Shown: positions 1 through 12,330 of the stretch, one piece after another
How positions within the stretch are numbered: position 1 is the stretch's first letter
Layout of the letters: every line of letters begins with the position of its first letter
Origin: Lama guanicoe
Lineage: Eukaryota
Assembly: GCA_013239625.1 (NCBI GenBank)
Contig: MU053934.1
Coordinates: forward strand, 775,285-839,284
DNA: 64,000 bases
Direction: 5' to 3'
Translations under genes and position numbers: made by a program
The notes under the pieces: generated by a model
What the model was told of the DNA's origin: nothing
What the model saw: only the letters and a program-made list of their open reading frames with translations
Databases searched by the model: none

Positions 1-541
1 TCTTTGGTGAAGTCTCTGTTAAATCTTTTGTCCATTAAAAAAAAAAGATTATTTGTTTTCTTATGGCTGAGTTTTTTACTTTCTTTATATATACTAAATA
101 CAACTTTTCTGTTGTTATTGGATGTATGATTCACAAATATTTTCTTTCATTCTCTGGCTTATCCTTTCACTCTCTTAACATTGCTTTCTGCAAAGTGGAA
201 GTTTTTAAATGAAAAATAATTTGTAAATTTTTTATTTTGTGGATCATACTTTTGCTATCATGTCTAAGAACTTTTTGCCTAATCAAAGATCATAATGTTT
301 TTGCTGAAGTTTTCTTCTAAGAGTTTTATATGATTATGTTTTTTTCTATGTATATCTCTTACCTATTTTGAGTTAATTTTTGTTTAAGGTGCAAGATATA
401 GAGAGAGGTTCATTTTCTTGCATCTGGATACCCAATTGTTCCAGTACCATTTGCTAAAAAGATTATCATTTGAATTGCCTTTGCAATTTGGTCAAAAATC
501 AATCAGCCATATTTGTGTGGGGCAATTTCTGGACTCTATTT
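1..541 (-). mobile_element. Old L1 (L1M-type) ORF2 C-terminal fragment, degenerate
   Basis: Minus strand translates to IESPEIAPHKYG*LIFDQIAKAIQ...LFSKWYWNNWVSRCKKMNL...TKINSK, the typical L1 ORF2p C-terminal region, with stops. Confidence 0.9.
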
Positions 542-542
542 T

Positions 543-625
543 CAGAGTTAGAGAAAAATTTTTTCAAAGGGCTAAATAGTAAATATTTTAGGCTGTGGGT
601 CATGTGGTCTCTTTTGTGTAAAAGT
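543..625. mobile_element. MER58-like hAT-Charlie fragment
   Basis: aaagggctaaatagtaaatattttaggctgtgggtcatgtggtctct resembles a MER58A terminus. Confidence 0.55.
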
Positions 626-628
626 AGT

Positions 629-1160
629 TGAGGGGGAGGAAAAGTAGTTTTTCCTTACCCTTCTAGGTTCTTGGCTGAGACCCTCCTGTAACAGAAGACA
701 AATTAACAGGAGAAAGACAAAAGTTTAATAACATGTACACCTCCTGTCCTGTCTATGTGGGAGACCCAGGAAAACTAACTAACTTTCCAAAATGACTCAA
801 GCCACCACCTTAAATAACATCTCCCTCCAAAGACAAAAGATGATTTGGGGTGAGGAGTGGGCAGTTATGGGGAGTTAGTAGAATAATAAACTTGGGAAAG
901 GCTGTTATATAGATTTAAGTCATGCCTTCTTCATTGATAAGGATTTCTAGAGATTTAGAGTCATTTTTCTCTTTCAGGTACAGAGAAGGAGTCACCTTAC
1001 AAATGGAGATTTCCCTATAAATGTAAATGTCTCTTACAAAAGGATAATTCTCTGATTTTTCACAGCTTCTCATATGTCTGAAGTTTCATAAAAAATAGTC
1101 AACTCAAAATAATCCCTATGCCAAAGAGACATATTTTGGGGTCACAAATTCTGCCCCCCA
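629..1160 (-). mobile_element. MER34-like ERV1 solo LTR
   Basis: Minus strand starts TGGGGGGCAGAATTTGTGACCCCAAAATATGTCTCTTTGGCATAGGGATTATTTTGAG (MER34 5' end) and ends ...CTCCCCCTCA (TG...CA termini). Confidence 0.8.
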
Positions 1161-1359
1161 CCTTTCTAAGATGATAAGTTATTGTAGTGGGTGGAGTGTG
1201 TTGGCCATGGGAGTTGAGGAAGAGAAGAGAGTTGAAGGTGACCTGCAGGTTTCTACTTTGAGATCTGAAGTCATTTGAACTTTCAGTTGGTAGAATTCTG
1301 GGTAAGTGTAGTTAACTGTATTAGACACATCTTGTATCCTGCCCTGTGATTCCATAGAC

Positions 1360-1512
1360 CAGTAGTTCTCAAACTTGCATGTGCATTAGAGTCACTTGGA
1401 GGACTTGGTAAAACTCGGCTTGCTAAGCCCTCTCCCAGAGTATCTGGCTCAGTAGGCTTGGGGTGGGGCGTGAGAATTTGTTTTTACTGTAGCTTCTTAG
1501 GGGATGCTGATT
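1360..1512. mobile_element. MER5A hAT-Charlie MITE
   Basis: cagtagttctcaaactt...tcagtaggcttggggtggggcgtgagaatttg...gatgctgat matches MER5A. Confidence 0.85.
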
Positions 1513-1739
1513 TTTCTGGTTCTTCTTTTGTCCCAGCCATTACGGCAGCCATCTTCTCTGCCCAGATGAATGTACTTGCAGTGTTTTCTGCCCTGGTGCA
1601 TCTCTGGTTTTTCAGTAGAGGGTGCCTGTGGGGAGCCTGCCTGGCACTCAAACACATGCTATTTAGAAGTGCAAGACAATTAACACCTCTTGGTGAACCT
1701 CTGAACCATAGAGAATCAGAGCTGGTAGATAAATGTTGG

Positions 1740-1958
1740 TATATCTGAGGTGCATTCTAGAGGGTTCCTCTGAATGTACCAGGGGAACTGCATCCCAGGT
1801 GTCCAACTTGATATTAGGCATCATGCCCTCAGATGGGTTTCCCCTCCTTCCACAACTCACTACTCAGTCTCCTGTCCCCAGGCTCACTTTCCAGAACAAG
1901 GCCCTGCACATAAGCCCTTGACCCAGGTTCTGCTTTCAAGGAGGACCTCGGTCTAGGA
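1740..1958 (+). mobile_element. ERVL LTR16-like LTR 3' part
   Basis: Ends ...cctgcacataagcccttgacccaggttctgctttcaaggaggacctcggtctagga, like the LTR16 3' terminus. Confidence 0.55.
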
Positions 1959-2069
1959 TGTTTAGACCAAGGGTTGTCCACGTCTTCCTCTGTCTCATCA
2001 TTAAATGGCCCAGTGGATATTTAGCTGGCATGAAAAATAGTCCCGTGGACTCCATGGTCAGGAACTATG

Positions 2070-2150
2070 CATTACTCATTTTTGTACCCACAGCACACGT
2101 GCTAGTGACTGGCACATGTGGGTGTTCAGAAAATTATGAATAAATAAATC
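2070..2150 (+). mobile_element. L2 3' end
   Basis: tttgtacccacagcac...ctggcacatgtgggtgttcag...tgaataaataaat L2 tail. Confidence 0.65.
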
Positions 2151-2289
2151 AGTAGAAAGTATTTTTATACTCATTAAATGAAAGTGGGTGGAGGGGATTG
2201 GAGCACAAGGAAATAGCAGGTAGGAGACAGGAGGCTGGCTCTCGCACAATGATTGGAGCACACGGCGAGACTCTAGTAACAGAGGGCTA

Positions 2290-2515
2290 ATGAAGGGCTT
2301 GGGGGATGGAGATCCCTGTTGGGAATCCAAACTCCGCATTTCCTGGCTGTGTGACGAGAAGCAGCTTTCCCTTTGAACTCCAATTCCCTCAGCTATAAAA
2401 TGCTAGAATAGTGACACCTACCCCACTGAATTTCATAAAGACCAAAGTGTGACAGTGTGCACTGAACAGCCAGCACTTGTGCTGGCCTACTGTGGGTGTT
2501 TGAAAAATGTTGATT
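2290..2515 (+). mobile_element. MIR SINE
   Basis: ggctgtgtgacg...aattccctcagctataaaatg...acctacc MIR core-like. Confidence 0.6.
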
Positions 2516-2669
2516 CCCTCTGTTGTCAGCCTCCTACCCATCAGAGGTGCAGGGGTAGGTGGCTGGAATGCAGGACCTCTAAGATGCTCTCCACTTCTAA
2601 GACTTCAGGAGAATGTGGCTGTAGCCTGATGCAAGTTACTAACATTAATGATAAAAATACAAATGTATA

Positions 2670-2905
2670 TTAATAGCAGCTGATGTTAATATAGTGCTTG
2701 CTCTGGGCCAGGTACTGTTCCAAAAGTTTTTATATGTTGGCTCATTTGATTCTCTATGAGGTAGATTCCATTATATTGCTGGCTTTACAAAACGATGAAA
2801 CCAAGGCACAGAGAGGGTAAGTGACTCGATCAAAATCACACCGCTAAGTAGTAAGTTGAGCTGGGATTTGAACCAAGGCCATCTTGCTTTTAACCACTGT
2901 ACCAT
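2670..2905 (-). mobile_element. MIR SINE
   Basis: gatgaaaccaaggcacagagagggtaagtgact...gagctgggatttgaacc antisense MIR core. Confidence 0.8.
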
Positions 2906-4179
2906 ATTTCTGGGATCAGAAATAGTCTGTGCTAGCCCGACCACGGATTCCCTGAGTCTTGACTGCCGGGGCTCTCAGCCCTCGGACTAATATGGTGCAT
3001 TACAGGCATTAACTGCTTGCGCTGCAATTTCCCATGTATCATTTATTAAGTGTTTCAAGTGGAGAAGAGGAGGAGTGTTGCAATGATCTCCAGAGCTGGT
3101 GTGTTCACTCCAGTCTACCCTATTTCATGCTATTAAACACCTCAGGTGTAATGAGCCAGGGACTGAGATATGTCCAGGTGAGAAAGACACAGCCTCTGTC
3201 TGCAGGATGCTGCCTCCACCCTTATTGGAGGATGGACGGGTAGAACACACGAACGGAGAGATGCCGTGTATGGTTCATGGTGTGGGAGGAGGGAAAAGGA
3301 GAGATGATCCGCCGTGCCTGGGAGGTCTGGGGTAGGTCCCCAGAGGAGGCCACCACCAGGCTGCCATCTTCCATGTCACCTTTCTTTTTCGGCTCTCTGT
3401 CATTGAAATTGTCTTCCGAGCCCCTTCCCCTTCTCCCAGAGGAGAACAGCTTAAAAGAAAAAAAGATTACAGCTAGAAGATGTCAATATGTAAGAGGATA
3501 GAGTGAGAATTATTGGTGTTTGCACAAAGCATTTGCCTCCTGTCCATTCCTGGCTGTTTATTTGAAAAGTTGCCCTGAAGAATGTCAGGTTCTGTTAGGA
3601 TCGGGACGGAGTAAGATTGAGATGCTCAGGCATGGCTTGTCTCCTCTCGTATTATTTGTGTGCATGAGACATGCAGAAATCCAATGAAAAGTCTTTTGTT
3701 TTAAATTGGTCTGTTTGATGTGCCTGAAATTGACGGATTGTGCTGCTGGCTTAATGCAGACGAAAGCCTCGGTCTCTACCCTGCGCTTCACTCACATAAC
3801 CTAGCGTCATTGTTTCCTTTCAGTGGGAGGCAAGGGACAGGTACAAGAGGGAGAGGATGACTGAACCCTGTTGGGGGGGATCTCCCCTCTACTCCCACCC
3901 AATTTCTTGATTGGACTTTCCCCAGCCCCACCCCGTTTACCCCTCCCACTTCCAGAGTGGTGGCGTGAATTGTCTGGTTGGTGACCCCCATTTCTGCATT
4001 TCTGTTCGGACTAAGGTAGCAAAGGGGACTGATACGATCCTGTTCTCCTCCCTCCTCCCACACAGCCCGTAGAGGTGGTGGCCAGGGTGAATGTCTCTGC
4101 TCTGCTCTGCAGATGCCAACTTCCTACGGATGGGCTGGTCCTAGTTCAAGACTGAGAGCCTGGAAGGTAGTCGATCCAT

Positions 4180-4615
4180 TTAGCAATCCTATCTAAGCCC
4201 AGATATTCCAACATGGATTTGGTACCGTATGACTTTCATTTGCCCCTCCAGAGCCATACTCTCCCCGTCTCTGTTCTCTGCTGCATCCCAGACTGTGTCC
4301 TGCATCAGCAGCTTACTTTGCCCTCTGGTTTCAGACTTGGGGTGGGGGCCTGGAAGGAGATCAGGAGGAAGGAGCAGAGTGAGGGTGGGGTGTTTATTCC
4401 CTTGGCTCTCTCCACACTGACTGCCTTTGGTTGGCTGCATTCCTTCCTGGAGCCAGTGACTCTGTCAGGCTGCCCCTCCTTCCCCTTATCTCTTCAAGCC
4501 TTGGTGTAGTAACAGCTTCCATGGTAACCAAGTCTAGGTCCTTTCCTAAACTCTTCCCGCACCCTTGTAAATAGTCACTTTATTAAACCCTTCTCCAGAG
4601 CTTAGCCTGACTGTT
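4180..4615 (+). mobile_element. LTR33-like ERVL LTR
   Basis: cacccttgtaaatagtcactttattaaacccttctcc...cctgactg resembles the LTR33 3' end; 5' boundary uncertain. Confidence 0.55.
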
Positions 4616-4621
4616 TGGCAT

Positions 4622-5128
4622 GTGTTGGTGTTTATATTTTCCAAAGATGATTGCACCAATATATATCCCATTTCACATGGGTTCTTCTTAGAATGCGATG
4701 TTGATACTCTTCCATTAAGAGGCGGGAATCTATGTCCCCAACCCTGATATCTGGGCGGGACTCTGAAAATGGCAGAAATGATGCCAGATGAATTCCAAGA
4801 CTAAGTCATAAAAGGCAATACAGCTTCCCCCTGGTCCCCGGGGCTGCCTGTCACGGGACCCAGCCAGCACATGGAGGGGACACCAGCCGACATCCTGGCC
4901 ACGGGTCCCAGCTGACAGCAGCGTCAGCTACTAGTCGTGGGAATGACTGAGTCTTCACAGGGTTCTAGCCCTCGACCTTCGAGCTGCCCCAGCTAATGCT
5001 GAGTACAGCAGAGACCAGCTGTCCGCCTCCAGCCGTGTCCAGGCGGCCACTTGATGAGCAAAATAAATACTGCTTTGAAGCCACTACATCTTAAGGTGGT
5101 TTGTCTTGCAACAGTACACAGTTAGTAT
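4622..5128 (+). mobile_element. MaLR LTR (MLT1G/H-like)
   Basis: 5' tattttccaaagatg..., ctaagtcataaaaggcaatacagcttcc, 3' aaataaatactgctttgaagccactacatcttaaggtggtttg. Confidence 0.8.
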
Positions 5129-5749
5129 ATGGTAATATTTGACCTCTATCTTTACTCTTGTGTTCTGTTTCTCCCCTTGTTTAGAAATCTGGGTGAGGAG
5201 GGGAGATAACTATATTGGATATGCCTCAGACCCCAACACTCACCTGCTGTGTTCCAGTCCCTTCAGCAGGCATTTCATAATGTCTCTTCATGTGTTACGC
5301 ACCACGAGCCTTGGGGGAAGAGGCTGTAGAAGTAGGAGAAAGATGAAATAACCAATCAAGATCACACAGAGACTCACAGGAGAGAGAGCCTAGCTTGGCA
5401 AAACTCCAAATCTCATGTTCCTGAAATGGCGCCAGGCTGTTCTGTCTTATTCTAACGTTGATACAGAGAGCTGCTTTCCATTGTCACTCCGGTTACCAGC
5501 CTTCAGTCTGTGGAATCTACAGAATCCCTTCCTATGTCCTGGTTGCCCTAGATCAAATCCTATGTCACCAGCACCTGTGATGTTCCGGGAGTGCATTACC
5601 TCCCTGGGCGATGACCTCCAGGTCAAGTTGCTTATCATCCACGCCTGCTCTGCAGGACCATGGAGAGATACCTGGGCGTGTTTTGCAAGGTCTTTCCCAT
5701 GTGACCCCTGGGACCCTCCTGTGCCCTGTGTTCTTCGTATGTGTTGACT

Positions 5750-6700
5750 TGTATGCTTCTTGAGATCAGGAACTACGGTGATTTGTCCATCTGTGTCCCC
5801 AGTGCCTGTAATTGAATAAGCACGTGATAAGAATTTGTTGAATGTCTGAATGCATTCTTATTTTCCTCAAGCAAAAGGTTTTATCTGATCATTTTCCCCT
5901 CCTTCATTCCTCGTTTTAAAGCCTCCCCATCACTGTATCTGACCTTCAGTCAGACATGATGCCCTGTCTTTGGAACATGCATTTCATTCTTGGACCAGAG
6001 AACTCATCCTGCCTAATTTGTGAGCTACTGTCTGCTGATACCATGTTCTCATTTGTCTGCACTCACTAGTTCTTTATCTAATTCTCAGGTTTTTTTGCCT
6101 TTTCAAGGACTGCCTCCACTACCCCAAACTGCCACTAGAAGAGTTTTCTTAAAAAAAGAAACAATTTGGTAAGTTTGTCGTCCTACTTAAACTGCCACTC
6201 ACCCCTGGCTTCTACAGGACAGATTCCCAAACCTGCCATACATAAAGCCTTTCATAATCTGGCCCCAGTCAGCCTTCCCATGCCCAGCTCTTCTTGCCCC
6301 CTAACTCATGCTGCATCCACTGAAGGCACACTGGACTGTCTGTCTTCACCTGGACAAAACGTACCCTTCCATGATTTTTTTGACTTTGTATCTGTTGTGT
6401 CATTTGCTTGTTTTGCACCTGCTTCCCTGCACCACCCCTTTTTCTGCCTGGCAGGTTCCTCCGCTTAAATATTGCCTCCTCTGTGGTCCTGTTCTCACCC
6501 CACCAGTCAGATAAGCGCCCCTCTCTTTTATCTGTTCACAGCGTTTGTCTGTGACTCTCTTTCGGTACTTAACACATTGTTTAGTCATTTGTGTATTTAC
6601 ATGGCCGACTCTGCAAGCTATTTGGGAGCCAGGACTGCGGTTTACTTACTGATGCACCCAGATGTTCCTGCTTCTGCCACTGACCATGATATCAGTATAA
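5750..6700 (+). mobile_element. L2 fragments
   Basis: L2 tail tgtgtccccagtgcct...tttgttgaatg at ~5790-5850; cataaagcctttcataatctggcccc and L2 3' region at 6120-6700. Confidence 0.6.
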
Positions 6701-7075
6701 GTAAGACCTGAGATTCGGAATCAAATGATCTGAATTTAAAACCTGGCTCTAACTTAAACTTGCTGGTTTTGAGACCAAGGAAAGTAAGTTCCTTCTTTAA
6801 GTCCACATTTTCTGTTTTTCTTTTTTTATTTATTTTTGAGAATAAGAATGCCTGTTTATAGGAGTGTGTGCATTACATGAGATAACCCATATAAAACACT
6901 TGTCACATAGTAGACACTTGATATCACCTGCAATGATTATCATTTATGCTAAAGAGTTACCATGGATAAGCTCATGAACTCTCTTAGCAATTCTACTGAG
7001 CAGGCATTATTATTCCCAGTTTGCAGGTAGGTAAATAGGCTCTGAGAGAATAAGGAGCTTTCCCAGAGTTGCGTG
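6700..7075. mobile_element. Two MIR SINEs (+ then -)
   Basis: gacctgagattcggaatcaaatgatctgaatttaaaacctggctct (+); attattattcccagtttgcaggtaggtaaataggctctgagag (-). Confidence 0.65.
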
Positions 7076-8480
7076 GTTGGCGTGTAGTGCAGTATCGAGG
7101 TCAGGGTGCTTCCGAGGGGCTCAGTACAAGCTTGATGAGTCTAAAGCAGCGTGGCTGGCCTTTGCCTCTCTGGTGGTTGACACAGATTTCAAATCCCTTT
7201 GCCATTGGAGCCAGAGTTCAGCCCAAGGAAGGACTGTCCAGTGTTCTTTCCCTTCCACCTCCCATGTTGAGTTTGGAGCCAGGCTGCATGTGGGCTGGTT
7301 TGTTTGTTTTTAACGCCACTGGAAAGATGTCTGCAGACCCATTCCCAGGTCAGTACACAAACTCATTCCATCTGCCTTACAATTAAGATTCAAAAGCAGA
7401 CGGCAAGAAAATCTCTCCCTGTGCACCGATTCCAATCAGCGATGATGCTCTAAATGACCAGCTAATAAAGAATTCACAAAAGCAAACCACGCCATTAAAT
7501 ATAGAATGGTATCGATGCCGACCTGTTGGGAGCACTTTCTGTTCCTTTTCCAGAACAATGTCTGAGAACAAGAATATAATCCTCCTTCCTTGAACATTTT
7601 TTTGCCCTTTTAAATAGAGACATCTCTAAAATGAAGATCTGTAAGGAGGTGTCCGTTCCCCGGAAGCCAATAAAAGGATGCTTTCAAAACACACAGGCCC
7701 CATCACGTTCCCTGTGAATTGTTAGTACATGATGAGGCTCGTCCGCAGACCAGCCCGACCGGTGATTAAAACACGGTCCTTCTCTCAGATGAGTTCAGCT
7801 GGGCTCTGCACGTGCTAGTCTGTGATGGGGAAATGGAAGGAGAGGCATTTGAAAACCAAACCAAACATTCTAATAACCTTGTGGATGACGAACACAATGA
7901 CAGGCTGGCCTCTGTGCTGCAAGCATTCTGTGTAAGATCTGACTGGGGGCTGAGAAGAGTCCCGGGGAGGAGCCCCTATTATGGTCCCCATTTTCCGTTA
8001 TGGTGATGGAGGGTTGTGTGCCCAGCTGTATCTGGCCCCAAACCCTGCCTCTTAGTCATGACTCACAGGAGAAAAGTCCCGAGTCCCCTAGCAGTGGGGG
8101 TGTTTTGGCTGAATGGATACCAAGCCTGGAATTTGGTGTTTTTACGCACATTAGGCCAATTTAGCCTGCCTCGGCCATTTTCGTCAGTTTGTTGGGGAAC
8201 TGGGGCTCTGTGAGATGAGTCAGTCTCTCAAGGCGACCCAGCTGGCAAGCAGAACAATCTCAGCTCCTCAAATGAGACCCCCTTGTGCCTGGCTGGGTGG
8301 TCGAGGTCAGCGGGGGTCGGGCAGAAGGAAGTTTCCGCTCTTCTATGGGGTTGGGTGGGCAGCACGTGGCTTCACTGAGGCCGGATTCTCTGAGGTTGGG
8401 AAAGGCCAGCTGGGACTAGAAAGACTCACTGTGCACCCCTTCCTGCCAGGCTCAGTGGCCTGGCGAGTAACTGGGGAGAT

Positions 8481-8860
8481 GGCATTAGTCTGCTCTGGCG
8501 GCCGTAACAAAGTGCCAGACACCTGGCAGCTTAAGCCACAGAAATGCATCTCCTCACCGTTCCAGAGGCTGGAAGTCCAAGGCCAAGGGCTGGTTTCCTC
8601 TGAGGCCTCCCTCTCCTTGGCTTGTAGACAGCCGCCTTCACATGGCCGTGCCTCTGGGTGTGCCTGCCTGTGTCCAGATTTCCTCTTCTTATAAACCTAC
8701 TACATATATTGGATTAAGAATCATCCTAAGGGACTCATTTTAACTTAATCACCTCTTGAAAGACCCCATCTTCAAATACAGTCACATTTTGAAGTACTAG
8801 GGGTTAGGGTTTCAACATAAGAATTTGGGGGAGGCAGAGGCCACAATTCAGACCTTCACA
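8481..8860 (-). mobile_element. MLT1A-like MaLR solo LTR
   Basis: attagtctgct...cacagaaatgcatctcctcaccgttccagaggctggaagtccaag...cacaattcagaccttcaca; flanks gagat/gagaa (4/5 TSD). Confidence 0.88.
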
Positions 8861-9446
8861 GAGAACTTGTAGGGTTTTTTTATTTTTGTTTTAACCACAT
8901 GGCTTCGTTAAACATCCACTTAGACCTTTACTGACTGGATCTTTGGTGGGTCCGTATGGTGAGAACTCCCAAACCTCTCCTACCCTCAGCTTCCCTGTCT
9001 CTAAAACCGAAGGGTGGCTGTGAGAATAACACGGGATGATACATTTAAAGCGCAAAGCTTCTTAGGAGCTCAAAGCATTGGTTCCCACTCTGCTGCACAA
9101 ACTTTTCTCACACCCAGTGGTGGCTAAATCCTGATTCTATTCCTGAAATATTTCTGGCTTCTCTGTGGGCAGTTCAAGGCTGGGGTCAACAGCATTTCAT
9201 TTGGGGAGCACGCTGCTTGAGCTTGTGGTGGTGAACTTTTTCCTGCCTACGGTCTCTGGCTTGTACCTTTAAAGTGGTGGGGACCATGCTCTGCGTTTGC
9301 ACAGTTTTGTTTTATTTTCCTCTTCCTGGGCCTGCGAGCAGGATACAGTGCCCGGCGATCCTGACAGGTTGGTTAGAGATACATGACTGGTTCCAGCCCA
9401 TAATATGTGGATAGAGGGGCTATAATCTACTCCCAAGCCATGCCAC

Positions 9447-9535
9447 ATTTTTTTTTTTTTAAGATTCTATGTACAAGTGATACCATATCGTATTGTCTTT
9501 CTGTGTCTGGCTACTTCACTTAGCATAATGCTTTG
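9447..9535 (-). mobile_element. Short L1 3' UTR fragment
   Basis: polyT then agattctatgtacaagtgataccata...tctggctacttcacttagcataatg. Confidence 0.7.
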
Positions 9536-9738
9536 AGCATCCTTGGTTGTGCCTTTTCCTAACCTTCAAGCAGGACTTAATACCTCTTTATAACATACCC
9601 CCGACATAGTCCTCTTCTCAAAGCATTAGTGAGCAATGTATACTTTATTAAAGATTTTGTAGAGGGTATTCAGAAAGGTCTTATATGCTCTGCCCTGCAA
9701 GAAATACCCTTTTTGGTATTTTTGGATACCCCACCAAT

Positions 9739-9764
<26 letters not shown>
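9739..9764. repeat. (TG)13 microsatellite
   Basis: Read directly from the sequence. Confidence 0.95.
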
Positions 9765-9769
<5 letters not shown>

Positions 9770-9974
9770 CCCCTTTTTTCCACTCAGGGCTCCAACTTCT
9801 CAGTCTTGGCTTCCAGCTCCTAGATCTTCTTCCTCCCCCTATTCACATCACTCTTCTCCTCCTATTTTATAGAATAATTTACCCCTGATTCTTTCAAGCT
9901 TACGTCTCCACAGTCGACACTTTGCTCAGCTTCTGTAGTCCCCAGAATCTGCCTCACTCAGGAAGTGCAGCAGT

Positions 9975-10250
9975 TCCACCACTGGTTAGCCATGTGAGCT
10001 GGGGGTGTAATTGAACGTCTCCACACCTTTGTTTGCTTGTTTGTACGTCGGAGGAAAAGAGGACAGTACCTACCGCATACAACCACAGGGATGCTGTGTA
10101 GAGTAAATGAGTTGATATTTTTAAAAAATGTTTTCTAACACATTATTATAACTTCATACAGCTGGTGTGAGGGCTGCATGAATGAATGAGGTCATGTCTT
10201 TGAAGCCCCCTTTGCATAATACCTGGGATGTAATAAAGTGCTAACAACAT
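9975..10250 (+). mobile_element. MIR SINE fragments
   Basis: agccatgtgagctgggg...acagtacctacc...gtaaatgagttgata; acctgggatgtaataaagtgct. Confidence 0.5.
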
Positions 10251-11700
10251 TATGATTTTTATAATTCTTACATTATTATTGCCACTGCTGGTGAAAGATT
10301 GTTACCATAGGAAGGTCCCAAAAAAAGATGTGTGACTTAGACCTCTCGTGGCTTGTTTTACTTTTGACAAGGAAAGGGACTTCTGGAAAGAGGCCTTTTC
10401 AAGGTTGAAACTCAGAAAGACTCCAGAAATTCAGGAACCCTATCTCCAGTGCCAAATCTTGAAAGCCCTGATAAAAGTGATTATTGATTAATGCTCTGTG
10501 GTCTGCCCACCCCAGGGGTGATGCTGCCTGCTTACTAAGAGGAAAACCTGCTGACTGCGGGCCTTGTCGGGCGCTGCTGGAGTCCGAGAAGTCAGGGAAA
10601 TTGCCTTTCCTCGGGCAGGTGGGGAAGCTGGGACACACCCACCTGTCAGGGGTTTTGCAGGCCCAGCCTGGGTTGCAGGTGTGGGGGGGGGCAGGTACAT
10701 GACCTTGGGAGGGACCTTCAGTCACATCACCGCCCTTCTGACCCCCAAAGTCTGTGTTGAGATTCTACTTTGCTTACTGAGCAGCCTGACCGGAAAAAAG
10801 AGTCTATCTACAGTCTTGCTTGATCCCTTTTAAGTTAAAACCAAAGTCATCATCTTCCCCTTCAGTAACAGCGTTCTCCTTGCCTCCCAGAGCTCCCTTT
10901 CCCCGTGACAGTGACACCGCTCGCCCAGGACCCCTGGACGGGCTCCTCGAATCTCTCTCTCCCTGATGCCCTCTATTTGCTTCCCAGTCCTGCGGCTGCC
11001 CCCTCTCGCAGCTGCATCACTTTCTACTGCCGTTAGTTTATGCTCTCATCAACGCTCTTCCGGGCGACTGCAAGCCCAGCTTTTGTTCTTGCTCTTGCTA
11101 AAATAAAACAAAGCAAAAGCTATCAAGTGGAATGCAGCCTCCACTTTCTGGAATAATAATTCTCTTCCTGTCCTACACAAAGAGAGAGAACACGGTGATT
11201 TCTCTCCCCAGCCCTCAACCCTTCTCTCTTTTCTGGTGGCTTATCTCTTAACCATCTTTCTGGAAGTGACACAAATGACTTTTCATCATATTTGATTGGC
11301 TAAGCAAGTTATATGACAGACCTAGTTTCAATGACATTATAATCCACCACTGAGGTGGGGAATCAGATGTTGGTAAGCAGTTTCATAGTCTGCTATACTC
11401 CCAATACCCAAAACTTCAGCTTGGCACTAACTGATAAAATTGGGCTTTGGCATCGGATCCGGGATTAAAGCCTTCACCAGTTTGATGTATTTTTCCATTT
11501 ATTTATGTACTCATTCATAATTCTATTTTTCTATGAGTTTGTCCAACCATGACTTATCCAACCATGAGTTTATGCAGCCAACATACTTTCAACCAAATCC
11601 TGTGCAAGTAGCTGGGAACAGGGACACATAAGATACAAATCCTGTCTTCAGAAAGTTCACAGACAGAGAGAAATGAAAATAAAGGTACTTAAAACTATAT

Positions 11701-11973
11701 CACAGACATAGAAAATAAACTTATGGTTACCAGGAGGGGAAGCGGGTGGGAAGGGATAAATTGGGAGTTTGAGATTTGCAGATACTACTATATATAAAAT
11801 AGATAAACAACAAGTTCATACTGTATAGCACAGGGAACTATGTTCAATATTTTATAGTAACTTATGGTGAAAAAATATGAAAATGAATATATGTATGTCC
11901 ACATATGACTGAAGCAGGGTGCTGTACACCAGAAATTGACGCAACATTGTAAACTGACTATACTTATATATAT
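11701..11973 (+). mobile_element. Camelid/cetartiodactyl L1 3' end, 5'-truncated
   Basis: cacagacatagaaaataaacttatggttacc...gcacagggaactat...gctgtacaccagaaattgac; TSD-like aaactatatcacaga (11692) / aaaccatatcataga (11974). Confidence 0.9.
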
Positions 11974-12129
11974 AAACCATATCATAGAAAATGACAAGCA
12001 TATGCAAGTATGAATGAAATACTACAGTGAACTCCCTTGAACTTCTCACTCGGCTCCAGCAATTATAAATTCATCACCAACATTGCCAGTCTTGTTTTGT
12101 CTATACCTCTACCAACATCCTTTGTATTA

Positions 12130-12330
12130 TTTTTTTGAGTTTGAATTTTTGTTGAGATCATTGTAGATTCACACGTTGTATGAAATGACATGGAGAGGTC
12201 TGTGTACCCTTCACCCACTTTCCTCCAGTGGTTACGTCTTGCAAAAACTACAGAACAATATCACGACTGGGATCTTAACATTGAAACAGCCTGCTGATCT
12301 TACTCAGACTTCTCCAGTTTTACCTGTATG
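12130..12330 (-). mobile_element. L1MC-type 3' end fragment
   Basis: tgtagattcacac...gaggtctgtgtacccttcacccactttcctccagtggttacgtcttgcaaaaacta. Confidence 0.75.

Noticed and set aside
4133..4160. GGCTGGTCC start resembling Y RNA 5' end
   Set aside because: Similarity stops after about 9-14 nt; no matching 3' stem or polyT
7535..7646. Possible exon (pyrimidine tract-CAG ... TCT|GTAAGG) with ATG
   Set aside because: ATG frame stops after 11 codons and the donor is weak; no supporting neighbouring exons
8215..8694. 159-aa ORF
   Set aside because: 3' half is antisense MLT1A; no domain similarity or splice support
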